Below, in pieces: positions 1-8,867 of a DNA stretch of 64,000 nucleotides. How positions within the stretch are numbered: the stretch's first letter is position 1; the number at the start of each line of letters is the position of its first letter. The notes below the pieces were generated by a model, which had not been told where the DNA came from, ran no database searches, and was given only the letters and a program-made list of their open reading frames with translations. This stretch comes from Candidatus Microgenomates bacterium (GTDB lineage Bacteria; Patescibacteriota; Microgenomatia; UBA8517; JACQJR01). The stretch is from positions 167,793 to 231,792 of the forward strand of contig JACQJR010000001.1 in NCBI GenBank assembly GCA_016204995.1. Direction: 5' to 3'. The position numbers were made by a program, and so were the translations under genes.

Positions 1-1296
1 AGTAGAAATAGCGTCGTTGTAATAACGCTGGGAGTCTCTGGCAACATCAAAATAAAGAATATCCCCCTTTTTAAGAGTAGGTAAATAAACCTTAAGTTGA
101 TTAAAAAACTCACGCGCCGGAAAACTCCGAGTTTGTAAAATATCATGCTGATAAATTACAGAATTATAAAGATTACCTACTCCAATTAATATTATTAATA
201 ATCTTACCACCTTACCGAAGATGCTATTTACTGACAAGGCAATAAATACGGCTCCTAGTATCCCAGTTAATGCTAAAAATGAATGGGCCATATACCTTTC
301 CACAGTACCGTAAGGAATCGTAGGATTAAAGGCGGAATAAATAATAATATTCGTCAAAAACCAAAGCGATAGAAATAGGAAAATTCGCCTCTGTTTTTTA
401 ATAAAAATTAATAAAAGAAAACCAATTATTAAAAGGATTACACCTAAAACAGCAAGAAAAGATCGATCTGGCGACTTAATGAAATTTGTCAACCAATCAG
501 GCATTATTAGATTGGCCATTGTAGATAAAGAACCATAGTACAAATCCCATTTTCCATTAATAAAAGCAAGAAGAAATTCTTTCATTTGAGGAGTTCTATT
601 AACCGAAGCTGTAGCAACGAAATTTTCAAAAATATAAAAGAATGGAACTAGCCTGATTACTGAAAATAAAATTGATGATGGGCGCCTGTTGAAAGTTAAA
701 AATATTAATTCAAAAATTACTACTATGGAAAAAAGATAATGGGTTCTATTAATAGCAAATTCTGTTGCCAGAAAAAAAGAAAGTAAAGCAAAAAGATAAT
801 AACGAAATTTGTTTTCTTTGTAAAATTTCCAATAAGCGAAAAATAATAAACCAATGGTGATAAAGCTAATACTGGTAGTAGCACTATTGGCCATCCTCCA
901 GGTTCCATCAGAAGAAATATAGCCGGCCGCGAAAATAAAACCAGCTACTCTACCACCGGATTTTCCCAAAATAATAGAGAAAGTTTTGTAAACTACAATA
1001 GTAGATATCAGGTATAAAACTAGTAGTAAAGCAAAATATGGTACCGTGTTAGTTCCAAAAAAGTAATGGATAGGAATAAAAGGCGTGGGTGTATATTTAG
1101 TGATTCCTATTCCTATTGGACCAGGACCAAAAAATCCAGCTGGCTGGTCAATATGTTCTAATTTAAAAAACAAAGCATTGTCATCTTGCCAAGGGTACAT
1201 CCATAGCATCTGTCCGTAAGAAATAAGAACTATAATAATAATGAAAACCAAAAAATGCCCGTTAATTAGTGATAGTAATTTTTTATAAATTAACAT
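1..1296 (-). CDS. Polytopic membrane protein, N-terminal part (runs off window start); paralog of the YfhO-like/GT-C group C proteins at 34391..36832 and 38253..40751
   Basis: Manual translation of the minus strand from ATG (complement 1296..1294) gives an uninterrupted ORF to position 1. It begins MLIYKKLLSLINGHFLVFIIIIVLISYGQMLWMYPWQDDNALFFKLEH. It is multi-TM, and the motif AAGYISSDGTWRMANSATT matches ASGYLGIESLTWNVAGGQI and VASGYIGVEALTWNMGAG in the two paralogs. It is absent from the ORF track because it has no in-window stop. The 14-nt overlap with the upstream gene suggests an operon. Confidence 0.5.
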   Translation of the reverse strand, partial: MLIYKKLLSLINGHFLVFIIIIVLISYGQMLWMYPWQDDNALFFKLEHIDQPAGFFGPGPIGIGITKYTPTPFIPIHYFFGTNTVPYFALLLVLYLISTIVVYKTFSIILGKSGGRVAGFIFAAGYISSDGTWRMANSATTSISFITIGLLFFAYWKFYKENKFRYYLFALLSFFLATEFAINRTHYLFSIVVIFELIFLTFNRRPSSILFSVIRLVPFFYIFENFVATASVNRTPQMKEFLLAFINGKWDLYYGSLSTMANLIMPDWLTNFIKSPDRSFLAVLGVILLIIGFLLLIFIKKQRRIFLFLSLWFLTNIIIYSAFNPTIPYGTVERYMAHSFLALTGILGAVFIALSVNSIFGKVVRLLIILIGVGNLYNSVIYQHDILQTRSFPAREFFNQLKVYLPTLKKGDILYFDVARDSQRYYNDAIST

Positions 1297-2371
1297 TATT
1301 AAAAACTGAATAAGGTAAGACAAAATGCCATTTATATCCTTTCTTTACACCTTCAACCCCCAACTTAAGAATTTTATCTAACTCCCCATATTGTTTGGTA
1401 AAAAAGTAATATGATTTTTCTTGGCTACCCCACTGCATTTTAAAATTATAAGGTCCTCCGCCTCGCGGCTTGGAGGATTCCCAGTTAAAAACTGCAAAGC
1501 TATTTTTTTTAGCCCAAAGGAGTAAATGGTTTATGAGCAAATATATCGCACCGTTTTTATATGATTCTTTAGAGCCGGAAATCATATATGTATCCACAAC
1601 CTCTTGATGATAAATTGTTAAACATCCTGCTTCAATTTTTTTACCATGCTTCACCAAAAAAAATTTTGCTCTATTTTTAGGAATAAAGTATTTTACAGCA
1701 CCTTGAAAAATTTCTTCTGGTAATGGCTCAAGATTGATGGATCTATGTCTTTCTTGGTGGATTTTATACCATTTTTTTATTTCCGCCTGATCTATTGATT
1801 CCTCCACAACTAATTTATCTAACAAGGCTTTTTTAAGCATTCTTTTCAAATTATTTCTAAAATGTGAATTAGTAAGTACCGGTTTATTCAAGTCAATAAA
1901 AAGCGTGTAGTTTTCTAGCTCCCAGGTTGGTTGAAAATATTTTCTATAAAGATTTTCATCCGGAATAAATGGAGAAGAAATAATTGTTACTAAAACGCAA
2001 TTTTTCCTTTGGGCGATATCTTCCACACCTTTTATTAATAGATTAAAAATTTCTTCTCTTTGACTTTGGTTATTTATCAACGCTCCTCCTAGTGGTCCTG
2101 GATAAGGAATAGAATTAATAATGTTGCCAAATTTAGAATTATATACATAGATTGGTAAAATACCGACAATCTTTTGGTTGTTTTTTACTAAAACATAGAT
2201 TGACTCATCAGTTTTAAAATCATTAATAGTATTTCTCCACTCTAGAGTTTGCTGGAAAAAAGCCCATGGACATTCATCCAAAAATTTCTCACACTCTTTT
2301 TCTAATTGAGCATTGCCCTTTAAAAGGTATTCTACTTTAAGTTCTTTAGAAATCACATTTTTACTTTTCAT
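1283..2371 (-). CDS. FemAB-like / GNAT-fold acyl(aminoacyl)transferase family protein (hypothetical)
   Basis: 362 aa, soluble. Its length and general composition resemble FemAB/BioF2-like acetyltransferase domain proteins often found in polysaccharide loci. No diagnostic motif was verified. Confidence 0.3.
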   Translation of the reverse strand: MKSKNVISKELKVEYLLKGNAQLEKECEKFLDECPWAFFQQTLEWRNTINDFKTDESIYVLVKNNQKIVGILPIYVYNSKFGNIINSIPYPGPLGGALINNQSQREEIFNLLIKGVEDIAQRKNCVLVTIISSPFIPDENLYRKYFQPTWELENYTLFIDLNKPVLTNSHFRNNLKRMLKKALLDKLVVEESIDQAEIKKWYKIHQERHRSINLEPLPEEIFQGAVKYFIPKNRAKFFLVKHGKKIEAGCLTIYHQEVVDTYMISGSKESYKNGAIYLLINHLLLWAKKNSFAVFNWESSKPRGGGPYNFKMQWGSQEKSYYFFTKQYGELDKILKLGVEGVKKGYKWHFVLPYSVFNNVNL

Positions 2372-2426
2372 AATTAAATTGTAGTAATAAACAATATTGT
2401 TAAGTATACTATATATGATTTTCTAA

Positions 2427-3224
2427 ATGGATTCTGTTGATTTTGCTATTATTCCTGCCGCCGGTAAAGGTTCTAGATGGGACCCCATCTCTTCTTTTGT
2501 CCCCAAGGAAATGCTCCCTTTGAATGGGACGCCTGTCATAGAATTGGTTATTCGTGAAGCAATTGAATCAAATGTCAAGAAAATAATTATAGTAATAAAT
2601 AAGGAAAAAGAAGTAATTAGAAACTTTATTAATTCTAGAAGCAACTTAAACAAATCAGCAGACTTTTATTTTGTTTATCAGGACAAACCGTTAGGAGTAA
2701 TAGATGCAGTCTACCGCGCCAGAAGTATATTAAAAGGAAAAAACTTTGCTTTACTTTTCCCTGATATGCCCTCTTATTACCAACAAATTCCACCATTGAA
2801 ACAAACTTTAGAAATTTTTAATGCTTTACCCACTGGGCATAGCGTATTGTCCTTTGCTAAATACCCCCAAAATAACATGCTTTTTTATGGAGAATTTTTA
2901 TTGAAAAAGAGAGAGAATCATTTATACGATGTCCTGCATTTATGCCCCCGCGCTAAAACTCCTACTGATATTCATCATCTAAATGACAATTTAAGAGGCG
3001 CTGGCCGTAATATCTTTTCCTTTGTTACTTTTCCTCTCATTAATCAAATTGCGGCTAAGCCATTTAAGGGAGAAATCAGTGATGCCAATCTATTGAATTT
3101 AATGTTTGAGAAAAAAATACCTATTATCGGCAAGGAGATAGATGGTTTTATCTTTGACGCGGGCACGCCAGAATTATTTGCTAAAGCTAACTGGTTTGCT
3201 ACTTTACAGAAGAAGAAATTATAA
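2427..3224 (+). CDS. Sugar-1-phosphate nucleotidylyltransferase, GalU-like (UTP--glucose-1-phosphate uridylyltransferase family)
   Basis: N-terminus AIIPAAGKGSRWDPISSFVPKEMLPL closely matches the GalU signature xIPxAGxGTRxLPxTKxxPKEMLPL. Confidence 0.55.
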   Translation: MDSVDFAIIPAAGKGSRWDPISSFVPKEMLPLNGTPVIELVIREAIESNVKKIIIVINKEKEVIRNFINSRSNLNKSADFYFVYQDKPLGVIDAVYRARSILKGKNFALLFPDMPSYYQQIPPLKQTLEIFNALPTGHSVLSFAKYPQNNMLFYGEFLLKKRENHLYDVLHLCPRAKTPTDIHHLNDNLRGAGRNIFSFVTFPLINQIAAKPFKGEISDANLLNLMFEKKIPIIGKEIDGFIFDAGTPELFAKANWFATLQKKKL

Positions 3225-3226
3225 TT

Positions 3227-4318
3227 TCACTTTTTGCCGGCCACGATATTGGCATAAGTTATGGTATCTTTCCCTGCTACCATTCTCCAATCAGGACAAG
3301 CGGCACATAATGAATTTAAGTTAAAATTACCGGTTAAATGCGCCTCTCTGATGCTATTTAAAAGAGCTGAATTCCACAAATCTTTCAACGAACCATCTTG
3401 AGGGTAATACCCGATATCAGCTTCATCTCTATCCCAAGCATGGGGACAATAAACAAACTTTAAAGATCCAGCTGTGCCACCCGTTAAACTAAAGCGAGTG
3501 AAAGGAAAAATACAAGGATAACGGTTTAATCCGTTAACTTTTCTAACTACCCCTTCTTGATCTTTCACAATCTCATCTTCACTCAAAACTTCGTTAAAAT
3601 TAGGAGTTAGACCAGCTGTTGAATTTAAGGGCCGAAACGAAACTTTATCAACTCCTAGTTTTTTTCCCAACTCCACAAAATCCTGCTGTTCATCTTGAGA
3701 TTGTTGTCTAACAATCATGGTGATCATAAATTCAGTATTTATTTGTTGATTTTCAGACAACTTATTTCTTGCCTCAACTGCTTTAGCAATGTTATCCGTC
3801 ACTGCCTTAAAGTAATTAATATGATGATATCTTTCAGGACGGACAACTCCATAAGTTTCTGCTGTAGCTGCATCCAAACTGATATTGATTAATTTAACAC
3901 CTGCCCGGCACAAGTCAGCAACTAATTTTTCCTTAAGCAGAATACCATTGGTGGTCAATCCTACATTAAAACCAAGTTCGCCAGCAGCATAAGTCAATAG
4001 CCCCTTAGCTTGCGGATGCAGAAGCGGCTCTCCATCCGCTGATATTTGTAAAGATGGCTTGGGGTCCCAAGTCTCGGCAATTTCCGTAAAAGCTTTCTTT
4101 AATAATTGCGGATTTGTGTAAAGCGGTTCCACTTCTTCGTGGTGGGCAATTTTTTCTTCACGGCGAAGTTGCTGACCAGGGTAACCACAATGTAGTTCGC
4201 ACCACAGATTACATTTTTTTGATAAATCTACTAATACCAAACTGGGAGGCAAATTTTGCCAGCTCTCAACTTCTTGTTGTGTTGGTGGTTGATTATAATT
4301 TCTCCTTAATATTTCCAT
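3227..4318 (-). CDS. Radical SAM-like enzyme with C-terminal Cys-rich (SPASM/twitch-like) region; non-canonical CX3CX3C cluster motif
   Basis: CNLWCELHC near the N-terminus. DGEPLLHP matches the GGE SAM-binding motif. TTNGILL matches the MoaA-like ribose motif. C-terminal cysteines sit in CPHAW...CAACPDW. Confidence 0.5.
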   Translation of the reverse strand: MEILRRNYNQPPTQQEVESWQNLPPSLVLVDLSKKCNLWCELHCGYPGQQLRREEKIAHHEEVEPLYTNPQLLKKAFTEIAETWDPKPSLQISADGEPLLHPQAKGLLTYAAGELGFNVGLTTNGILLKEKLVADLCRAGVKLINISLDAATAETYGVVRPERYHHINYFKAVTDNIAKAVEARNKLSENQQINTEFMITMIVRQQSQDEQQDFVELGKKLGVDKVSFRPLNSTAGLTPNFNEVLSEDEIVKDQEGVVRKVNGLNRYPCIFPFTRFSLTGGTAGSLKFVYCPHAWDRDEADIGYYPQDGSLKDLWNSALLNSIREAHLTGNFNLNSLCAACPDWRMVAGKDTITYANIVAGKK

Positions 4319-4360
4319 TTTTAACCGTAAAAATTATTTTAGTTTAGTCTATTAACATTG

Positions 4361-5413
4361 TCAATTTCTGAATGATAAGAAACCTGTTTTTTGATTATAT
4401 TTTAGTTTAATTTTCTGACTATTTTTCTTAAGAGATTTTTGGGCTGCTTCAAGTAGTATTACTAGATTAACTGCATCTTGCAAAGTAATGATTGGCATTT
4501 TCCTGCTAGTAGTCTTTATTAAAAATTCTTCAAAAACACTTTTTAATGGTTCTTTGTTAGGAATATGAGGAATCGTAATATCCCCATAACGCAAAGTAAA
4601 AAAATGTTTTAACAAACCGTCATCATGATTATTTTTTTCTATTCCCCTATCAAAAAGTTTTACTTTACCATCGCTTTGAGTATCATCAAATGATACCATT
4701 TTTTTATCTCCTACTAAAACAAAGGTTCTAGTTTTAATTGGATCTGCCCAACTAACTCTTAAGTTAAAAAGGGTGTTGTCGGCAAATTCTAAAGTTAAAA
4801 ATGCTACATCGTCAATTTTGGGTGTTAAAAAGGCCCGGCCGGCAGCAGTGATACCGGTAGGCTGTTTGTTTAATAAATGGGTAACCGTATAAATAAAATG
4901 AGTTGATAAATCCCACAGCGCCGAGACATCATTTCTGATTGGACCTAATGCAGTATAATCGCCATAGCCATAATGAATTTTACCAAGAGTATTTTTCATT
5001 ATTAATTCTTTAATCTTTTGGATAGCAGGATTAAAAATAAATGTATGATCAACCATTAAAATACTTCCGTTTTTATTGGCTATCTCTGCTAAATAAATAG
5101 CATCCCTGGCTGAAGAAGTAAGAGGTTTTTCCACTAACACATCTTTGCCTGACTGAAGTATTCTTTTAGCAATATCAAAGTGGTTGGCCGCCGGAACTGC
5201 CACGATTATCCCATCGGTACTTTGATCCTTTAGCAAATCACTTAAATTGGTAGTGGTTTTAACATAAGGATAAAATCGCTGAATTATTTTAAGTTTTTCA
5301 ATAGATAAATCGCAACACCAAACTAAATTTGCACCTTCATACTCGTGTACAATCCTGGCAAAATTTGGCCCCCAATGCCCCAATCCTACAATAGCTATAT
5401 TTTTAGTTTTCAT
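4361..5413 (-). CDS. Gfo/Idh/MocA family NAD(P)-dependent oxidoreductase (WbpB-like sugar 3-dehydrogenase candidate)
   Basis: N-terminal Rossmann motif IAIVGLGHWGPNFARIV and EKPL motif. Paralog of 13446..14465. Confidence 0.7.
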   Translation of the reverse strand: MKTKNIAIVGLGHWGPNFARIVHEYEGANLVWCCDLSIEKLKIIQRFYPYVKTTTNLSDLLKDQSTDGIIVAVPAANHFDIAKRILQSGKDVLVEKPLTSSARDAIYLAEIANKNGSILMVDHTFIFNPAIQKIKELIMKNTLGKIHYGYGDYTALGPIRNDVSALWDLSTHFIYTVTHLLNKQPTGITAAGRAFLTPKIDDVAFLTLEFADNTLFNLRVSWADPIKTRTFVLVGDKKMVSFDDTQSDGKVKLFDRGIEKNNHDDGLLKHFFTLRYGDITIPHIPNKEPLKSVFEEFLIKTTSRKMPIITLQDAVNLVILLEAAQKSLKKNSQKIKLKYNQKTGFLSFRN

Positions 5414-6104
5414 TGAAAGTAATTTTTATCCAGAACGTAAAAAGCTCTTTTAGATATTTTAAGTAACGCACTGGATTACCATACTTTGATCTACCCGCCG
5501 ATCTTTTATAAAATTTGGCTTTAACTTGAGCAATATTATATCCTCTGCGATAAAGGTTAACAAGTAGTTCTGCCGGCATAAAAGTATCTCTGGCAGCAAT
5601 TTTGACATTTTTTAATATTTCCCTTTTATAGGCTTGCACAAAGTGAAAATCTTCAATGGGAGTTCTAAAAAATAACTTTACCAGTAGAAAGCTGGTCATT
5701 GATGTTAATTTTCTAAAATTAGAATTAGCTGATCTGTCTTGACGGACAAAAACTATTACATCCGCGGTTTTAAATTGTTCTCCTGCTCTTTTTAAATCAT
5801 CAAGATTAAAAGCTTGATCGGCAGAATTAGTCAAAATCCATTCGTATCTGGCTTTTTTAAATCCATCCCAAATTGCCCGACCAACCCCTAAATTTTCTTT
5901 ATGAGTTATGCCTTTAACTTTTTTATATTTTTTAATTATTCCTTGGAGAATTTTGGCTGTATTATCTGTAGACCCATCATCAATCACGATAATTTCATAC
6001 TTTTTAGTAAATTTTCTTAGTTTTTGGTTATAAATTTGGATACTATCTTTAATAGCCGCTTCCTCATTAAAAGCCGGCACAATTAAAGAAAGGGAATTTA
6101 GCAT
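5403..6104 (-). CDS. GT2 family glycosyltransferase, Dpm1-like (polyprenyl-phosphate sugar synthase candidate)
   Basis: LIVPAFNEE...IIVIDDGSTDNT...ENLGVGRA motifs of GT-A/GT2. Confidence 0.75.
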   Translation of the reverse strand: MLNSLSLIVPAFNEEAAIKDSIQIYNQKLRKFTKKYEIIVIDDGSTDNTAKILQGIIKKYKKVKGITHKENLGVGRAIWDGFKKARYEWILTNSADQAFNLDDLKRAGEQFKTADVIVFVRQDRSANSNFRKLTSMTSFLLVKLFFRTPIEDFHFVQAYKREILKNVKIAARDTFMPAELLVNLYRRGYNIAQVKAKFYKRSAGRSKYGNPVRYLKYLKELFTFWIKITFNEN

Positions 6105-6124
6105 GACGTAATCTTAACATAAAA

Positions 6125-6153
6125 TTGAGATTTTCATAGATACACGTTATACT
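6125..6153 (+). promoter_or_regulatory. Putative sigma70-like promoter (-35 TTGAGA, 17-nt spacer, -10 TATACT) ending 5 nt before the ATG at 6159; implies a leaderless transcript
   Basis: Hexamers read directly from the sequence. No Shine-Dalgarno between the -10 box and the ATG. Confidence 0.35.
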
Positions 6154-6158
6154 AGGTT

Positions 6159-7727
6159 ATGGAAAATCTTAAAAATAACGAGCAAATAGTCTTACAAACC
6201 GAACGGCAAGATGCCAAATTAAGATTTCAATTAAATGAACATAACGCTGAAGAGTATTTAGAGAGCACAGCTTTGGTAAAAGATAAACCCTGGAGCGAGG
6301 AAGACGTAGAGCAGACTAAAAGATTTTTGTTGGCTTGTGCTCCTTTTGCTCATCCTAAAGTTTTTCCCAGCTATTGGGAACATTTAATTATCGCCTCCCT
6401 TTACGGCAAGGAATTAGCCAGAAGAACTAAAAACTCTGATTTTGATCCCTATGAAGCCCAAACATTAATGCTATTACATGATTTAGGCAGGTTAGTTGCG
6501 CCACACCGCTATTTAAGAAATGATGTAATAGAATACTCATTATTAAAACATGCCGGAGAAAGAGCAGATTTACTTAAAACATCTTTCATTTTACCAGAAT
6601 TAATTGGAGTGAAAGTTCCCGGTATCCCAGAAACTCAAAAACCATTTACTAAACTTGCAGATATGACTCTTGCTCAAAGAATTATTGACGTAGCAGATAA
6701 TTTAAGTAAAAGGACTGCCACGGGACAATTATGGACGATTAACGATCTACTAGATTATTCTGCCAAGATGGTAGCGAATTATTCGGCGGAGGGGAAAATT
6801 TGGGCCTCGGAAAGAACCGGCTTAAAAGCTATCGCCGATCCTCCTGCAGGAAAAGGCAAACTAAGATTTGCTGCTCACCTAGTCATAGAAGAAGTAGCAT
6901 GGTTAAAACAAGCTTATGGGATAGATTTTGATAAATTAAGAGATAAAATAACACAAGAATGGAACAATCGGGAGAATCAAGAATTTCTACTTGCTCTTAA
7001 AGATGCCCAGGAAACTTTAGATCAAAATGTAGACCGATTACTGGGTAAGCCTAATATTACTACTGTTGTTTTTGACGTAGGAGATGTGTTATTTCAAGGA
7101 AAAAAGAGTGAAGTATTAGATGATGAACTAATTAGAAGAATATCAGCTTTTTTCAGTTGTTCACCAGAAAATACATTAACAGCCTTTAGAACTTTACATG
7201 TTAAAGGCATGACCGGCCAAATTTCTGAAAGAGAGTATTTGGAACATTTTTGGAAAATTGCCGGAAAAACTCCGCCAGATGGTATAAAAGAATTACGCGT
7301 TCCATTTTTACATCCTGATGTTTACCAACCAAACAGAGAAATGCAAGACATCGTTAAGAACCTATCTCAAAATCCAAACCTTACAATATTCCTTTTCTCC
7401 AATGTTGTATCTGTCTTAACTCCTGTAGTTATTGCGTGCCTAAAAGAATTTTACCCAGAAATATCAGAAAGTAATTATTTATTTTCTAATCGGATAGGCG
7501 TAGCTAAAGGCGTTGACGATAAAGCCGCTTTCCAGTTAGTTTTGGAAATAATTCACCCAGATGATCCGCAGAAAATTTTATTTATTGATGATAATGAAAA
7601 ATATACCACTGCCGCTAGATCGCTTTATAATATTCGCGGCTTCACCTTTCGCGAAAATCCTTATAGGGATCAAACAGCAGATAAAAGATTTAAGCAAGAA
7701 CTCCAAAAAGCAGAGTTAATATCATAA
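6159..7727 (+). CDS. HD-domain phosphohydrolase fused to a C-terminal HAD-like hydrolase domain
   Basis: H...LLHDLGR...D(VADNL) HD motifs in the N-terminal half. C-terminal half has VVFDVGDVL (variant motif I), FLFSNV (S/T), VAKG (K) and FIDDNEKY (DD), consistent with the HAD fold. Confidence 0.45.
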   Translation: MENLKNNEQIVLQTERQDAKLRFQLNEHNAEEYLESTALVKDKPWSEEDVEQTKRFLLACAPFAHPKVFPSYWEHLIIASLYGKELARRTKNSDFDPYEAQTLMLLHDLGRLVAPHRYLRNDVIEYSLLKHAGERADLLKTSFILPELIGVKVPGIPETQKPFTKLADMTLAQRIIDVADNLSKRTATGQLWTINDLLDYSAKMVANYSAEGKIWASERTGLKAIADPPAGKGKLRFAAHLVIEEVAWLKQAYGIDFDKLRDKITQEWNNRENQEFLLALKDAQETLDQNVDRLLGKPNITTVVFDVGDVLFQGKKSEVLDDELIRRISAFFSCSPENTLTAFRTLHVKGMTGQISEREYLEHFWKIAGKTPPDGIKELRVPFLHPDVYQPNREMQDIVKNLSQNPNLTIFLFSNVVSVLTPVVIACLKEFYPEISESNYLFSNRIGVAKGVDDKAAFQLVLEIIHPDDPQKILFIDDNEKYTTAARSLYNIRGFTFRENPYRDQTADKRFKQELQKAELIS

Positions 7728-8866
7728 GTTATTTTTACCTTCCACCATAGTTTAGCCATTTGGACAAGAGTTCGGGGAATCACCATTGGCCGGACTAGCT
7801 CACCCTTAGAGCTACCACCACGGCGTTTATGCCAATGGATGGGTACTTCGGCAAATCTGGCTTTGAGTTTTAAGCATTTATAAGTCATCTCCGGCAAGAA
7901 ATTAGCACTTTTATCCTCCGACTCTATTTTAATTGATTGAACGAGTTGCCTGCGCCAAATTGATACTGTAGAAATTTCGCGGAATTTAATATCAAATAAA
8001 ATTCTGGATAAAAAATGAAATCCCCAGGAGAATATTTTTCGCATTATAGTCTCATTTAATTTTATCCTATAACCAAAAGCACCATCATAACCCCTGACTG
8101 CTTCCAGAAAGTCAGGTAATTCAGTAAAATTAAACTGGCCGTCGGCCGGTGCTAAAAAAATCAGGCGCTTTTTGGCACTGTTAAAACAAGTCCTCATCGC
8201 CCCCGTAAATCCTCTATTTTGTTTGTGATGAACAGCGCGAATGCGTTTATTATTTTTGGTCAATTTATTAATAATTTTATCTGTGCCATCTGTAGAACCA
8301 TCATTAACTAACACAATTTCATAATCCATTTTCATCTTTTGTAAAACAAATTTAGCACTTATGGCTACCTTCTCCAATGTCGCCACTTCATTGAAAGCAG
8401 GGATGACTACCGAAATTGACTCTTTTTCTATCCTTTTTAGAAATTTTTTACTTGAACCTACTACTTTGACAGGAATACCAGCAACAATAGAATAAGGAGA
8501 AATATTAGTAAATTGGGGAACTACTGCGCCGGCTGCCACCACACTATGATGACCAATTTTTGCTCCCATTAAAATTACAGCATTTGAGCCAATAAAACAG
8601 AATTCGCCGATTTCTACTGGCGCTTTCTCTATCTCACTAAACCTTCTTTCGGAAATAGCCCTTTTAACAGTAGTGTGGGTCGTAATTTTGACTCCGGAAG
8701 AGATATCTGTTCCCCGACCTATTTTGAGAGGAGCATAAAGCGCATCAATCAAACAAAATGCCCCAATCCAAACTCGCTCGCCAATTTCCGGCTGGCCTAA
8801 AACCCAGGCGTGTTTATTGTATTTATTTTTGGACAGTCCATGACTTGCAAAATCAAAGACACTCAT
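7670..8866 (-). CDS. Bifunctional protein: N-terminal left-handed beta-helix (hexapeptide) sugar N-acetyltransferase fused to C-terminal GT2 (Dpm1-like) glycosyltransferase
   Basis: Hexapeptide-repeat region IGEFCFIGSNAVILMGAKIGHHSVVAAGAVV...IVAGIPVKVV. This is followed by ISVVIPAFNE...IVLVNDGSTDGT...QNRGFTGA GT2 motifs. Confidence 0.6.
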   Translation of the reverse strand: MSVFDFASHGLSKNKYNKHAWVLGQPEIGERVWIGAFCLIDALYAPLKIGRGTDISSGVKITTHTTVKRAISERRFSEIEKAPVEIGEFCFIGSNAVILMGAKIGHHSVVAAGAVVPQFTNISPYSIVAGIPVKVVGSSKKFLKRIEKESISVVIPAFNEVATLEKVAISAKFVLQKMKMDYEIVLVNDGSTDGTDKIINKLTKNNKRIRAVHHKQNRGFTGAMRTCFNSAKKRLIFLAPADGQFNFTELPDFLEAVRGYDGAFGYRIKLNETIMRKIFSWGFHFLSRILFDIKFREISTVSIWRRQLVQSIKIESEDKSANFLPEMTYKCLKLKARFAEVPIHWHKRRGGSSKGELVRPMVIPRTLVQMAKLWWKVKITYDINSAFWSSCLNLLSAV

Positions 8867-8867
8867 A

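Noticed and set aside
723-908. 61-aa ORF in the six-frame track
   Set aside because: It lies in an alternative frame inside the longer uninterrupted membrane-protein ORF 1..1296 on the same strand. The long frame has paralog support.
2423-2653. Small ORFs (60-103 aa) overlapping or antisense to annotated genes: 2423..2653, 3142..3324, 3695..3892, 4114..4347, 8758..9033, 10655..10858, 10855..11103, 12313..12555, 12752..13009, 17455..17646, 17772..18005, 22836..23042, 23135..23350, 23533..23760, 24253..24438, 26977..27234, 27665..27892, 28289..28525, 30153..30365, 31335..31637, 33590..33790, 34830..35015, 41475..41699, 42817..43128, 45824..46081, 47294..47512, 47696..47890, 48055..48261, 48448..48642, 50397..50606, 54365..54586, 57003..57272
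   Set aside because: All are embedded in or antisense to long ORFs with recognisable domains. They are low-complexity or AT-driven, with no motifs. Treated as spurious.
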